Assembly (NCBI GenBank): GCA_947254645.1
Contig: CAMYDW010000001.1
Span: 63,433-127,432, forward strand
DNA length: 64,000 bases
Direction of reading: 5' to 3'
Origin: an uncultured Peptococcaceae bacterium
GTDB lineage: Bacteria; Bacillota; Peptococcia; Peptococcales; Peptococcaceae
Position 1 is the first letter of the stretch. Every line of letters starts with the position of its first letter. Below, piece by piece: positions 10,421-20,068 of the stretch. Both the position numbers and the translations under genes were made by a program. Under the pieces are notes generated by a model. The model saw nothing but the letters and a program-made list of their open reading frames with translations. It was not told the origin of the DNA and made no database searches.

Positions 10421-10786
10421 ATGAAACAGTCATCTCAAACCGTACAAGAGAAAATAGAAAAAAAGCGCCAATCAGAGGAAGCGATTGTGGCTCAAATGAT
10501 TGGGCTGTATTGTCATGGCAAAAAACATACTCAAGATGGAAGCTTGTGTGAGGACTGTCAACGGCTTTTGGACTACGCGCATACACGCATTGAACGCTGT
10601 CCCTTTATGGAAACAAAAACATTTTGTGCTTATTGTAAGGTGCACTGCTATAAGCCAGAAGCGAAAGAGCAGATTCGTCAAGTCATGGCTTATGCAGGAC
10701 CACGTATGCTTTTACGCCATCCTTGGATGACCTTGTATCATGCCTTGACAGGCTTGCGAGGAAAGCTCCTTGAGGAGGAAAAGTAA
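10421..10786 (+). CDS. YgbA-like nitrous-oxide-stimulated-promoter family Cys-rich protein
   Basis: CHGK ... CEDC ... CPF ... CAYCKVHCYKP cysteine pattern typical of this family; ATG at 10421 after AAGGAGG. Confidence 0.55.
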   Translation: MKQSSQTVQEKIEKKRQSEEAIVAQMIGLYCHGKKHTQDGSLCEDCQRLLDYAHTRIERCPFMETKTFCAYCKVHCYKPEAKEQIRQVMAYAGPRMLLRHPWMTLYHALTGLRGKLLEEEK

Positions 10787-10871
10787 GTATTTTTGGCGAG
10801 TATTCCTAATAGCATTTTGACAGTTATGGGTCAATCAAACAAAAGATCAAATAAATCAGATAAACATTTAC

Positions 10872-10888
10872 AAAGTGTAGTCTGGACT
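10872..10888. promoter_or_regulatory. 17-bp motif AAAGTGTAGTCTGGACT (core inverted repeat AGTC-TG-GACT) about 25 bp upstream of a TATACT -10 box of the ASST gene
   Basis: Read directly; 16/17 identical to a motif at 14590-14606. Confidence 0.5.
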
Positions 10889-10975
10889 GTTGCTGTTAAA
10901 AAAAATCTTTTGCTATACTAAATATATAAATTGCACTAATGAAAATAATAAATGAGAAAATAACGGAGGTAAATA

Positions 10976-12865
10976 ATGGAAGCATTAAACTTTAAAAAAC
11001 AAGATCATATCATTACTGCTCAAAGAAAATCTGAAGAAGCTTTTTTAGCAGAATTTGAAGCAGGTAATTTTACCCTTACCAACCCTTTGGTAAAAATCAA
11101 CCCTTATTTGATTGCCCCACTCACTGCAATGGTGATGTTTGAAACCCCATCTGTATGTGAAGTGACTGTCATTGTTCATGGCAAAGAAGAAGCAGGGAAT
11201 ATCACCCACACTTTCCCAGCTGAAAAGAAACACGTATTGCCAATCTATGGTTTATATGCCAACTACAACAACCGTGTAGAAATCATCTTGTCTAACGGTG
11301 CACGTCATGATGTGATGATTGAGACCCCAGACTATGATGTAGAAGTGCCACAAGCAACTTCTTGCGAAACCACTCCAGAATACTTTGGCCAAAACATGAT
11401 GTTTGTAACCGCTTCTATTCGTTCTGTACCAGCTGGTTACGACTATAAAGGGGATGTACGTTGGTATTCTAACGTCAACCTTGCTTTTGACATCAAGCGT
11501 TTGAAAAATGGTCACATCCTTGTTGGGACTGAACGTCTTGTGAAGATGCCTTACTTCACCACTGGGTTGTATGAAATGGCATTCAGCGGTAAAGTCTTCA
11601 AGGAATATCAAATTCCATGCGGTGGTTATCACCATGACCAAATGCCAATGGAAGATGGCAACATTCTTTGCCTCACCTTTGATTTCTACTCTGGCACTGT
11701 TGAAGACGTTTGCGTATTGCTCGACAAAGAAACAGGCGAAATCCTCAAAAAATGGGATTACAAAAATGTATTGCCACAATTCCCAACTGCAGGCAGCGGC
11801 AGCCAAAACGAAGAAGACTGGTTCCATAACAACGCTGTTTGGTATGACAAAAAGACCAACTCTCTTTCCTTCTCTGGCCGTCACCAAGATGCCGTTATCA
11901 ACTTGGACTATGAAACTGGCGAATTAAACTGGATTCTTGGCGATCCAGAAGGTTGGCCACAAGAAATGGTAGACAAATACTTCTTTACCCCAGTAGGCGA
12001 TGGAGAATTTGACTGGCAATATGAACAACATGCTTGCATGATCTTGCCAGATGGCGATGTGTTCTTGTTTGACAACGGTCACTTCCGTGCGAAGAACCCA
12101 GACAACTACATCAAGAACAGTGAAAACTTCTCTCGTGGCGTACGTTATCGCATCAACACCGAAGACATGACCATCGAACAAGTATGGCAATATGGTAAAG
12201 AACGTGGTGCAGACTTCTTCTCTCCATACATCTGCAACGTTGAATATTATGATGAAGGCCATGTAATGGTTCACTCTGGTGGTATCGGTTATGAAGATGG
12301 CAAGACCTGCGAAGACTTTGCTGTTATGAAAGCCATGAAACCAGAATTCAAAGACCACATCACCTTCAATTCTATTACCTGTGAATTGGTCAATGATGAA
12401 TTGGTTTATGAACTTCAAGTGCCTGCAAACTGCTATCGTGCAGAAAAATTGCCATTGTACTATGCTGGTGAAGTGGCTGAACTCGGCGCAGGTAAAATCT
12501 TAGGTGAATTGATTGAAACCAAGACCACCAAGATGAAAATGAAAGCTGAAGAAACTGGAGAAATGATTCCAGATAGCTATGTTGTAAAAATCGTAGAAGA
12601 AGAAGACCGTGTATCCATTAACGCTATCTACGAAACAGGCGAAATGGCACAAATCCTTCTTATTGCAGAAAATGGTGACATCCGTCGTTATCCTGTAAAC
12701 ACCATTCCACAAGCATTTGCAGCAATGTGTGTAGGGACCTTCCAAAAAGAAGACCCACGCAATGTAGACGTATTCATCAATAAGAATGGTCTCGAAGGCA
12801 AATATGCTATCAAGATGCTTTGCGAAGACAAAATTTATGAAACAGGTGTTGTCATCAATCAATAA
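10976..12865 (+). CDS. Aryl-sulfate sulfotransferase (ASST family), no signal peptide
   Basis: 629 aa; ASST-family sequence character throughout; N-terminus hydrophilic with no signal sequence. Confidence 0.7.
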   Translation: MEALNFKKQDHIITAQRKSEEAFLAEFEAGNFTLTNPLVKINPYLIAPLTAMVMFETPSVCEVTVIVHGKEEAGNITHTFPAEKKHVLPIYGLYANYNNRVEIILSNGARHDVMIETPDYDVEVPQATSCETTPEYFGQNMMFVTASIRSVPAGYDYKGDVRWYSNVNLAFDIKRLKNGHILVGTERLVKMPYFTTGLYEMAFSGKVFKEYQIPCGGYHHDQMPMEDGNILCLTFDFYSGTVEDVCVLLDKETGEILKKWDYKNVLPQFPTAGSGSQNEEDWFHNNAVWYDKKTNSLSFSGRHQDAVINLDYETGELNWILGDPEGWPQEMVDKYFFTPVGDGEFDWQYEQHACMILPDGDVFLFDNGHFRAKNPDNYIKNSENFSRGVRYRINTEDMTIEQVWQYGKERGADFFSPYICNVEYYDEGHVMVHSGGIGYEDGKTCEDFAVMKAMKPEFKDHITFNSITCELVNDELVYELQVPANCYRAEKLPLYYAGEVAELGAGKILGELIETKTTKMKMKAEETGEMIPDSYVVKIVEEEDRVSINAIYETGEMAQILLIAENGDIRRYPVNTIPQAFAAMCVGTFQKEDPRNVDVFINKNGLEGKYAIKMLCEDKIYETGVVINQ

Positions 12866-12885
12866 TCACAATGTGATAACACTGA

Positions 12886-12925
12886 TGCTAAAAAAGAGCT
12901 GGTTGCTCAAGCAACCAGCTCTTTT
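12886..12925. terminator. Bidirectional terminator between ASST and the Crp/Fnr paralog 2 gene
   Basis: AAAAAAGAGCTGGTTGCTCAAGCAACCAGCTCTTTTGTT. Confidence 0.75.
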
Positions 12926-12935
12926 GTTGTACAAA

Positions 12936-13598
12936 TTATTTTTTGTAATGTAATTTTCTCTCTCCATGGGCATAGGTTTGAAGCAACGCTAAGTCGATGA
13001 TCAAAATCCCCTCGGGAATGCGTCGGAGACAGCCCTCATCTTCCAAAGCAATGATAACTTTGTTGACGGTGATACGATGCATCGCCAAAAATCTAGCGAT
13101 ATCTGTATTGGTATAGTGTCTGTGTAGGAGAAGCCCCTCATGCATTTCTTCTGCCTTGTCGATGATAAAGCTGGCAATACGAGGTGCCGCTTGTCCTTTT
13201 TGTTTTGCAAAGAAATTAGCAGCCAGATATTCATATTGACTAACTGCCATTTGCAATAGCTCAAACATAATAGAAGGATACTGGTGTAGAAAATCAATAA
13301 ATTCAGCATGTTGAATCTTGTAACAACGGCACTTTGTGGTAGTGACAAGACTATAAGTCATGAGGCGATTTTGAGTGATTGCAGCAAGTGAACCGAGGAA
13401 GGCACTCACAGAATCATCGCTGGTACGTTCATCCATGAAAATTTCTTCACCATTTGGGGTGTTACTCATGCGCATACAACTACCTTCTATTAAATAGTAC
13501 ACATAATCAATCTTATCATTACAATGATAAATCATTTCTCCTTTTTCAAAGGTCACGATGGGGAAATCCCTTAAATATTTAAAAAATTCCGGAGCCAT
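12936..13598 (-). CDS. Crp/Fnr-family transcriptional regulator, paralog 2
   Basis: Shares the DYVYYL and HTH architecture with the ORF at 6612-7271; start placed at MAPEFF (13598) behind RBS AAAGGG. Confidence 0.75.
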   Translation of the reverse strand: MAPEFFKYLRDFPIVTFEKGEMIYHCNDKIDYVYYLIEGSCMRMSNTPNGEEIFMDERTSDDSVSAFLGSLAAITQNRLMTYSLVTTTKCRCYKIQHAEFIDFLHQYPSIMFELLQMAVSQYEYLAANFFAKQKGQAAPRIASFIIDKAEEMHEGLLLHRHYTNTDIARFLAMHRITVNKVIIALEDEGCLRRIPEGILIIDLALLQTYAHGERKLHYKK

Positions 13599-13864
13599 AA
13601 GACCGCCCTTTCTTTTTTGCGATATGTTCATTCATATATTTTCAGTGTAACACAGATGAAATAAAAAGATAGCCCTATGTACGAGGAATCATATCAAGTA
13701 AAGTTCAAGAGGAGAATAGAAATTTTTTATGAATAACAAAGAATTGTATAGAGAGAAAATAGAGGAAAAGATGTGACTAAGACTTTTATTATCTTTATCC
13801 ATTGATATAATGGGTTGGGAAAAGAAAATCAAAATATATAACTCCAAGAAAGGTGTGGCTTGAA

Positions 13865-14539
13865 GTGGAACGTTTTCAGACGTCAGAGTCTATTCGATTG
13901 GGTATTGTTTTGGCGATGGCTGGTGGATTTATGGATGCTTATTCCTATATAGGGCGTGGTGGTGTCTTTGCCAATGCTGAAACTGGGAATATTGTGTTGC
14001 TTGCTGTGAGCTTGGGTGATGGACAATTTGGCATGGCGTTGCATTATCTTGCACCTATTATTGCTTTTGCAACAGGGGTATTGCTTTCTGAATGGGTGAA
14101 GCGCACCAAAAAAGGGTCGCTTTCGTTGTTTCATTGGCGTCAAATTGTTCTTATGTATGAAATGCTCTCCATGATTATGGTGGCGTTTTTGCCCCAAGAG
14201 TGGAATTTTTTGGCCAACTCATTGATTTCCTTGGCGTGCGGCATTCAAGTAACGACGTTTGCCAAAATTCATGGACATGGCATGGCCACGACGATGTGCA
14301 CAGGCAATTTGCGAACAGGGACTCAGTCTTTGAATAAATATTTTCAAACAAAGGATGCACGGCATTATAAGGATGCTGTTTTTTACTATGGTTGCATTGC
14401 TTGGTTTGTGATTGGTGCAATGATTGGCAATTTCTACACCCGTCAATGGCAAGAGATGGCGATTCTTGTGGTTGTTGGGCTGTTGGGTGTGGCGTATGTG
14501 ATGATGTTTTTTAACAAGGAAGCCAATAAAGATATGTAG
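13865..14539 (+). CDS. YoaK/DUF1275 (UPF0700) family membrane protein
   Basis: GGFMDAYSY motif and the 6-TM pattern typical of DUF1275; start probably GTG at 13865. Confidence 0.65.
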   Translation: MERFQTSESIRLGIVLAMAGGFMDAYSYIGRGGVFANAETGNIVLLAVSLGDGQFGMALHYLAPIIAFATGVLLSEWVKRTKKGSLSLFHWRQIVLMYEMLSMIMVAFLPQEWNFLANSLISLACGIQVTTFAKIHGHGMATTMCTGNLRTGTQSLNKYFQTKDARHYKDAVFYYGCIAWFVIGAMIGNFYTRQWQEMAILVVVGLLGVAYVMMFFNKEANKDM

Positions 14540-14589
14540 AAATCAATACCATAAGCAAGGGAAAAATGAAATAAATAAATAAAACTTAT

Positions 14590-14608
14590 AAAGTGAAGTC
14601 TGGACTTC
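14590..14608. promoter_or_regulatory. Motif AAAGTGAAGTCTGGACT containing the perfect palindrome GAAGTC-TG-GACTTC, about 20 bp upstream of a TATGAT -10 box of permease B
   Basis: Read directly; paralogous site at 10872-10888. Confidence 0.5.
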
Positions 14609-14697
14609 TCTTCATTGGGTTTTGGATATGATATAGTGCAGAAGAAAAGTCGAAGAAACGATGGCAATCGTTTGAAGGATGAAAAGGAGAAAGAAAA

Positions 14698-16176
14698 ATG
14701 GCAGAAAAGAAGAAAAAAGACCTGTATGCTATTCATGTGTGCATTGGCTTTGCAATCACTGCATTGTTTTGGTTGATGCCAGCGATTGAACCAATCACAC
14801 CCCTTGGTATGCGTTGTGTTGGTGCCTTTTTGGGCATGGTGTATATGTGGTCTACTGTTGACACACTCTGGCCAAGTTTATTAGGATTGTTCCTCTTTGG
14901 GATTTCCGGATTTGGTGGAGAAGGTGGCTTTAACGGCGTTTGGATGAATGCTGTTGGGGTCTACATGGTATTATTAACATTATTTGCAATGGTATTGTTT
15001 GGTGCAATGGATGAAGCTGGCGATACCAAATATATTGCAAAATGGTTTTTGACGAGAAAAGTCTTTAAGGGTCGTCCTTATGTCTTTATCGCTGTATTCT
15101 ATTTGACCTGCTTTGTACTCTCTGCAGTGGTAACCCCTATCACAGAACTTATTATTTTATGGCCAATCGCTTTGAGCTTGATGGCGACAATGGGTGTTAC
15201 AAGAGAAGATACTATTTGGAAATACTTCTTTGTTGGGATGTTCTTGGTGTCTACCTTGGCACAACCACTTTTCCCATTCATGGGTGCACAGCTTATTCCT
15301 TATGCAGCCTTCCAAAGTATGACCAAAACAATGGGCAATCCAATGACCATTCCAATGTTGCCATATATGTTGACCAATATTGTAATGACGACTTTGGTAA
15401 TGGCAGTATTCCTTTTGGCAATCAAATTCATCTGGCGTGCAGATGTAACGAAGTTGAAAGCCATTGACCCAGCACAAGTAGAAGCACAAATGCCACTACC
15501 TGCAATGAATCTTAAGCAAAAAGCGTATTTGGCAATGTTGCCTTCCTACTTGATCATGGTATTGGTACCAAGCTTCCTTAAAAACAATCCTGTTTCTGAT
15601 GCCTTGAATACCATTGGTGTTTTAGGGATCACCGTTGCATGGGTCATCTTGTTCTTGATGGTGCGCTTTGAAGGCAAGCCAATGCTCGACTTTAAAGAAG
15701 TGGCATACAAGCAATTTAACTGGGGCATTTTCTTCATGATTGCAGCAGCAGTATATGGGGCAAACAGCTTGTCCAACCCTACCACTGGTGTACCTGCATT
15801 CCTTATTCAAAGCTTGAAACCAATCTTAGGGGGCCGCAGTGAAATAGTATTTGTTGCCATTATGTTCACCGTGGCACTGATTATCACCAACTTTGCAAAC
15901 AATGCAGCAATGGCTGTTATTTTGATGCCAGTTGTATTGAACTTCTCAAACCAAATTGGTATCAATCCTATGCCTGTGGCAATGGGTGTTATCCTCATGG
16001 TATTCGTTGCAATGTTGACCCCTGCAGCATCTCCACACGCTGGTTTGATGCACGGGATGAAAACCATCTATACCACGAAAGAAATTCTCACCATCGGTTT
16101 CCCAATGTGTTTAGTAACCTTGTTGCTCTACATTTTTGTGGGTTACCCATTGGCAAAAATTTTACTCGGTGTTTAA
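14698..16176 (+). CDS. Ion-transporter-superfamily permease (YfcC/DcuC/AbgT-like), paralog B
   Basis: 492 aa polytopic; motif ITNFANNAAMAVILMPV resembles IT-superfamily hairpin motifs. Confidence 0.6.
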   Translation: MAEKKKKDLYAIHVCIGFAITALFWLMPAIEPITPLGMRCVGAFLGMVYMWSTVDTLWPSLLGLFLFGISGFGGEGGFNGVWMNAVGVYMVLLTLFAMVLFGAMDEAGDTKYIAKWFLTRKVFKGRPYVFIAVFYLTCFVLSAVVTPITELIILWPIALSLMATMGVTREDTIWKYFFVGMFLVSTLAQPLFPFMGAQLIPYAAFQSMTKTMGNPMTIPMLPYMLTNIVMTTLVMAVFLLAIKFIWRADVTKLKAIDPAQVEAQMPLPAMNLKQKAYLAMLPSYLIMVLVPSFLKNNPVSDALNTIGVLGITVAWVILFLMVRFEGKPMLDFKEVAYKQFNWGIFFMIAAAVYGANSLSNPTTGVPAFLIQSLKPILGGRSEIVFVAIMFTVALIITNFANNAAMAVILMPVVLNFSNQIGINPMPVAMGVILMVFVAMLTPAASPHAGLMHGMKTIYTTKEILTIGFPMCLVTLLLYIFVGYPLAKILLGV

Positions 16177-16177
16177 T

Positions 16178-16216
16178 AAAAAAAGAAACCAATGTCATTT
16201 GACATTGGTTTCTTTT
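16178..16216. terminator. Bidirectional terminator (permease B / ribH)
   Basis: AAAAAAAGAAACCAATGTCATTTGACATTGGTTTCTTTTTTTT. Confidence 0.75.
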
Positions 16217-16218
16217 TT

Positions 16219-16686
16219 TTATGCCTTGAGGGAACGCATGAGATTGACCATTTCAATGGCACTGGTAGCTGTGTCAAAGCCTTTATTGCCTGCTTTGGTG
16301 CCTGCACGCTCAATGGCTTGCTCAATATTTTCGGTGGTAACAATGCCAAACATGACTGGTAAATTTTCTGCCAAAGAGATGTGGGCAATGCCCTTGGAGA
16401 CTTCATTGCAAACGTAATCATAGTGGCTGGTTTGACCGCGAATGACTGCCCCTAAGCAGATGATGGCATCGTATTTTTTGCTCTGTGCCATGGTAGAAGC
16501 CACAAGTGGAATTTCAAAAGCCCCAGGCACCCAGCTCAGATGAATGTTTTCATCATCCACGCCGTGTCGATGGAGGGCATCGCACGCCCCTGAGATGAGC
16601 TTAGAGGTGATAAATTCATTGAAGCGAGAGGCCACAATGCCGATGGTGATATTTTCTGCAACGAGTTGTCCTTGGAATGTTTTCAT
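16219..16686 (-). CDS. ribH: 6,7-dimethyl-8-ribityllumazine synthase
   Basis: Full-length lumazine synthase homology ([12 protein letters not shown] ...). Confidence 0.95.
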   Translation of the reverse strand: MKTFQGQLVAENITIGIVASRFNEFITSKLISGACDALHRHGVDDENIHLSWVPGAFEIPLVASTMAQSKKYDAIICLGAVIRGQTSHYDYVCNEVSKGIAHISLAENLPVMFGIVTTENIEQAIERAGTKAGNKGFDTATSAIEMVNLMRSLKA

Positions 16687-16701
16687 GGTAATAATCTCCT
16701 T

Positions 16702-17898
16702 TTAATTTAAAATATGGTTCATGCGATCGCGCTTGGTATCCATATAGCGCTGGTTTTCAGGGTGTGTTGGCAACTGAATAGGAAGGCGCTCTACAATGTC
16801 TAAGCCAAAGCCAGAAAGCTGATAAATTTTATCTGGATTGTTGGTGAGGAGGCGCAAGGTCTTTGCCCCTAAATCTCGTAGAATTTGGGCGCCAATATAG
16901 TATTCTCTCATGTCGGCTGGGAATCCGAGGGCCAGATTTGCCTCGAGGGTGTCCATGCCTTGGTCTTGAAGGGCATAGGCCTTGAGCTTGTTAATTAAAC
17001 CAATGCCACGGCCTTCCTGGCGCATATAGAGGATGATGCCACGGCCTTCTGCTTCTACCTGCGCCATTGCAGTGGCAAGCTGTTCGCCACAATCACAACG
17101 TAGAGAGGCGAAGGCGTCGCCAGTGAGGCACTCAGAGTGAACACGACACAGCACGTTTTCTCCATCGCCAATATCCCCCTTTACCAAGGCAACATGGTGC
17201 TCGTTGTTGAGGAGATTCACATAGCCATAGGCGGTGAAGTGGCCATGCTTGGTAGGCATATCCGCGATGGCTTCACAACGCACCAGCTTATCATAGCGTT
17301 TTCGATATTCTTGGAGGGCGGCAATGGAAATAATTTTGAGCTGGTATTTTTCCGCCAATGCCACCAGGCCTTTGGTGCGTAGCATGGTACCATCTTCTGC
17401 CATGATTTCACAGCAAAGCCCACATTCGTCAAGTCCTGCCAAACGCATCAAATCGACAGTGGCTTCGGTATGGCCATTGCGTACCAACACGCCCCCTTGG
17501 CGTGCGCGTAAGGGAAACATATGGCCAGGTCGGCGGAAGTCGCTTGCAGTGGCATTGGGATTGATACATTCACGGGCGGTGAGGCCACGCTCTTCGGCAG
17601 AAATACCTGTGGTGGTATTGATGTGGTCGATGGAAACAGTGAAGGCGGTTTCGTGATTATCGGTGTTGTTGGTGACCATTTGTGCCAAGCCTAAGCGTTG
17701 ACAGAGGGCGTCGCTCATCGGCATACAGATGAGTCCTTTGCCGATGCTTGCCATAAAATTCACATTTTCAGTGGTGGCAAATTCAGCGGCACAAATCAAA
17801 TCCCCCTCGTTTTCTCTATCCTCATCATCGGTGACAATGATGAGCTCTCCTTGGCGCAATGCTTCTAATGCTTCTTCGATGGTGTTGAATGTGTACAT
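16702..17898 (-). CDS. ribBA: Bifunctional 3,4-dihydroxy-2-butanone-4-phosphate synthase / GTP cyclohydrolase II
   Basis: DHBP synthase N-terminal half ([11 protein letters not shown]) and GTP cyclohydrolase II C-terminal half (Cys triad [11 protein letters not shown] ... CDCG). Confidence 0.95.
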   Translation of the reverse strand: MYTFNTIEEALEALRQGELIIVTDDEDRENEGDLICAAEFATTENVNFMASIGKGLICMPMSDALCQRLGLAQMVTNNTDNHETAFTVSIDHINTTTGISAEERGLTARECINPNATASDFRRPGHMFPLRARQGGVLVRNGHTEATVDLMRLAGLDECGLCCEIMAEDGTMLRTKGLVALAEKYQLKIISIAALQEYRKRYDKLVRCEAIADMPTKHGHFTAYGYVNLLNNEHHVALVKGDIGDGENVLCRVHSECLTGDAFASLRCDCGEQLATAMAQVEAEGRGIILYMRQEGRGIGLINKLKAYALQDQGMDTLEANLALGFPADMREYYIGAQILRDLGAKTLRLLTNNPDKIYQLSGFGLDIVERLPIQLPTHPENQRYMDTKRDRMNHILN

Positions 17899-17909
17899 GA
17901 TAATCCTCC

Positions 17910-18563
17910 TTAGAAACCGTTTTCTAGTAAAAATTCATAAGAGATTGTAGAGGGCGATTGCGCTTTGTCTGGGGTCGCATATTGCTGTAAGCGCTCGACA
18001 TATTTGCCAATGCAATCGACTTCTAAATTAACCAGCATTCCTTGCTTGATGGTTGCAAGGGTGGTATTTGCGGCAGTGTGGGGAATGATGGAAACCGTGA
18101 AGGTGTCTTTGTCCAGGGCGGCGATGGTTAAGCTGATGCCGTCAATGGTGATGGCGCCTTTTAAAATGATATAGCGTAATAAATGCTGAGGTGGCTTGAT
18201 GGCAATGCGCCAAGCAATTTCATCCTTTGTGAGATCGACAACGGTGCCTGTATCATCAATATGGCCACTGACAATATGCCCCCCAAAGCGCCGTTGTAGA
18301 GACATGGCACGCTCTAAATTCACTGCCGCCCCAATGCGCACCTGATGCAAAGCAGTGATTTGATAGGTCACTGGCATCACATCTACTGTAAAGCTGTTGC
18401 TGGTAAAAGCCGTGACCGTGAGACAGACCCCGTTTACTGCAATGCTATCGCCGAGATGAATGTCTTCGAGAATCTTCTGACAGCCAATGACAAGGGACCC
18501 AGAGTGGGCACTGATATTTTTGCTGATGAGGTGTCCTTTTTCTTCAATCAATCCTGTGAACAT
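17910..18563 (-). CDS. ribE: Riboflavin synthase alpha chain
   Basis: MFTGLIEE ... duplicated lumazine-binding repeats. Confidence 0.95.
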   Translation of the reverse strand: MFTGLIEEKGHLISKNISAHSGSLVIGCQKILEDIHLGDSIAVNGVCLTVTAFTSNSFTVDVMPVTYQITALHQVRIGAAVNLERAMSLQRRFGGHIVSGHIDDTGTVVDLTKDEIAWRIAIKPPQHLLRYIILKGAITIDGISLTIAALDKDTFTVSIIPHTAANTTLATIKQGMLVNLEVDCIGKYVERLQQYATPDKAQSPSTISYEFLLENGF

Positions 18564-19654
18564 GACACTGTCACTCCTTTGATGAGTAAATCCTCTCCGA
18601 GAGGGTGGTAGCTGATTTCTGTCAAGGCCAAGGCCTGTGTTGCCAACTCAACACCTTGGCCTTTCACAGGGGTAGGGGCCTCGGTGCCACCGAAAAGCTT
18701 GGGTGCAAGATAGGCGTGTACCTCATGAATAAGCCCTTCATCCAGAAAACTGCCATGGATGGTGGCGCCTCCCTCAACGAGAACACTGTCGATATGGCGT
18801 GCCCCTAATGCTTTTACAAGCGCCTTTAAATCAAGGTGGCCATCTTCTTTGGCGGGCAGCACACAGACCTCACAGCCTCTGTCAAGATAGGGCTGATGTT
18901 TGGCAGGGTCTTTCACAGTGGTGGCGATGAGCACTGGTGCGAGGTGGGTGGTTTGCACCAATTGGCTATTGAGGGGGAGCAGTAGGTTGCTGTCGCAAAT
19001 AATCCGGATTGGCTGATGGGCCTCTGGCAAACGTGCGGTCAGCAAGGGGTCGTCTGCTAAGACTGTGCCAATGCCAACTAAAATCCCAGCCACTCGGGCA
19101 CGGGTCTGATGGGTGTGTGTGCGTGCCATTTCACCTGTAATCCATTTGGCATGCCCTGTTCTTGTGGCAATTTTGCCATCTAAGGTCATCGCATATTTGC
19201 TGATGATATAAGGGGTTTGATGGGTGATAAAATGAATGAAGGCAGCATTTTGTTGACGACAGGCTTTCTCACAAATACCTACAGTGACTTCAATGCCAGC
19301 GTCTTCAAGCTGAGCAATGCCCTTGCCAGCGACCAATGGATTGGGGTCTTTTATGCCGATGACAACGCGGGCAAGCTGTGCACCTATAATCGCTTCGGTG
19401 CAAGGGGGTGTTTTGCCAGTATGACAACAGGGTTCTAGTGTCACATACATGGTGGCGCCTTTGGGATTTTCTGTGGTATTGGCCAGTGCTTCACGTTCAG
19501 CGTGCAAGGCGCCAAATTTTGTATGGTAGCCTTCGCCAATGACTCGGCCATTTTTTACAATGACGGCCCCCACAAGGGGATTGGGATTGACATAGCCTGC
19601 GCCTTTTTCCGCAAGGGCGAGGGCGTGTTGCATCATTTTTTCATCTATTTGCAT
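18548..19654 (-). CDS. ribD: Bifunctional diaminohydroxyphosphoribosylaminopyrimidine deaminase / 5-amino-6-(5-phosphoribosylamino)uracil reductase
   Basis: Deaminase motifs HAEREAL ... PCCHTGKTPPC plus reductase domain. Start at MQIDEK (19654) behind GGAGG; the ORF extension to 19900 is the translated riboswitch. Confidence 0.9.
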   Translation of the reverse strand: MQIDEKMMQHALALAEKGAGYVNPNPLVGAVIVKNGRVIGEGYHTKFGALHAEREALANTTENPKGATMYVTLEPCCHTGKTPPCTEAIIGAQLARVVIGIKDPNPLVAGKGIAQLEDAGIEVTVGICEKACRQQNAAFIHFITHQTPYIISKYAMTLDGKIATRTGHAKWITGEMARTHTHQTRARVAGILVGIGTVLADDPLLTARLPEAHQPIRIICDSNLLLPLNSQLVQTTHLAPVLIATTVKDPAKHQPYLDRGCEVCVLPAKEDGHLDLKALVKALGARHIDSVLVEGGATIHGSFLDEGLIHEVHAYLAPKLFGGTEAPTPVKGQGVELATQALALTEISYHPLGEDLLIKGVTVSCSQD

Positions 19655-19721
19655 GGAAACCTCCAAATAAAAAAGCCTTGAAGAAGTCTCTTCAAGGCAA
19701 CGGGAAAATAGATAGGTGCCA

Positions 19722-19912
19722 ACAAAAAAACTCCGAAATGACAGAATCATTCCAGAGCTTTTGCATACACTTATCCTAATACATCTTCTTCTATCCAGAC
19801 TATACTGTTGGTTTTGGAATTTCACCAAATCCTGATTTGAACCTATGCCAAATCCTGCGCAAGTGCGCTCGCGGACTTTACCGCCAATCGGGAATCTCAC
19901 CCTGCCCTGAAG
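19722..19912 (-). ncRNA. FMN riboswitch (RFN element) with terminator expression platform, leader of the rib operon
   Basis: Reverse complement reads AGGGCAGGGTGAGATTCCCGATTGGCGGTAAAGTCCGCGAGC ... GGTGAAATTCCAAAACCAACAGTATAGTCTGGATAGAAGAAG, then CTCTGGAATGATTCTGTCATTTCGGAG followed by a T7 terminator; promoter TTGACG-17-TATACT upstream. Confidence 0.9.
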
Positions 19913-20068
19913 ATACTATGAAATTGACTAAAGTATAATGAAAAAAAAGTGTGCCGTCAAGAGAGAAATCTTCTTTCAAAAAATGATTTATGGTATACTG
20001 TTTAGTAAATAACCGTTTTTGCCTTTGTATAAATCAATAAATTATACTATGCTTTTTATCATGAAAGG

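Noticed and set aside
11252-12418. Long antisense ORFs (211 aa and 164 aa) inside the ASST gene, and similar shadow ORFs inside lctP (2273-2806), ribBA, the COG2509 gene (39307-39906), aconitase and PBP1A
   Set aside because: Shadow ORFs on the strand opposite to well-supported genes, with no RBS and no homology signal.
19790-19800. AGTCTGGA inside the FMN riboswitch resembling the AGTCTGGACT regulon motif
   Set aside because: This is part of the conserved riboswitch core (AGTCTGGATAG) on the other strand, not a third copy of the 17-bp palindrome.
18548-19900. 450-aa ORF extending ribD upstream to 19900
   Set aside because: The extra 82 N-terminal codons read through the FMN riboswitch and its terminator. 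The true start is ATG 19654 behind GGAGG.
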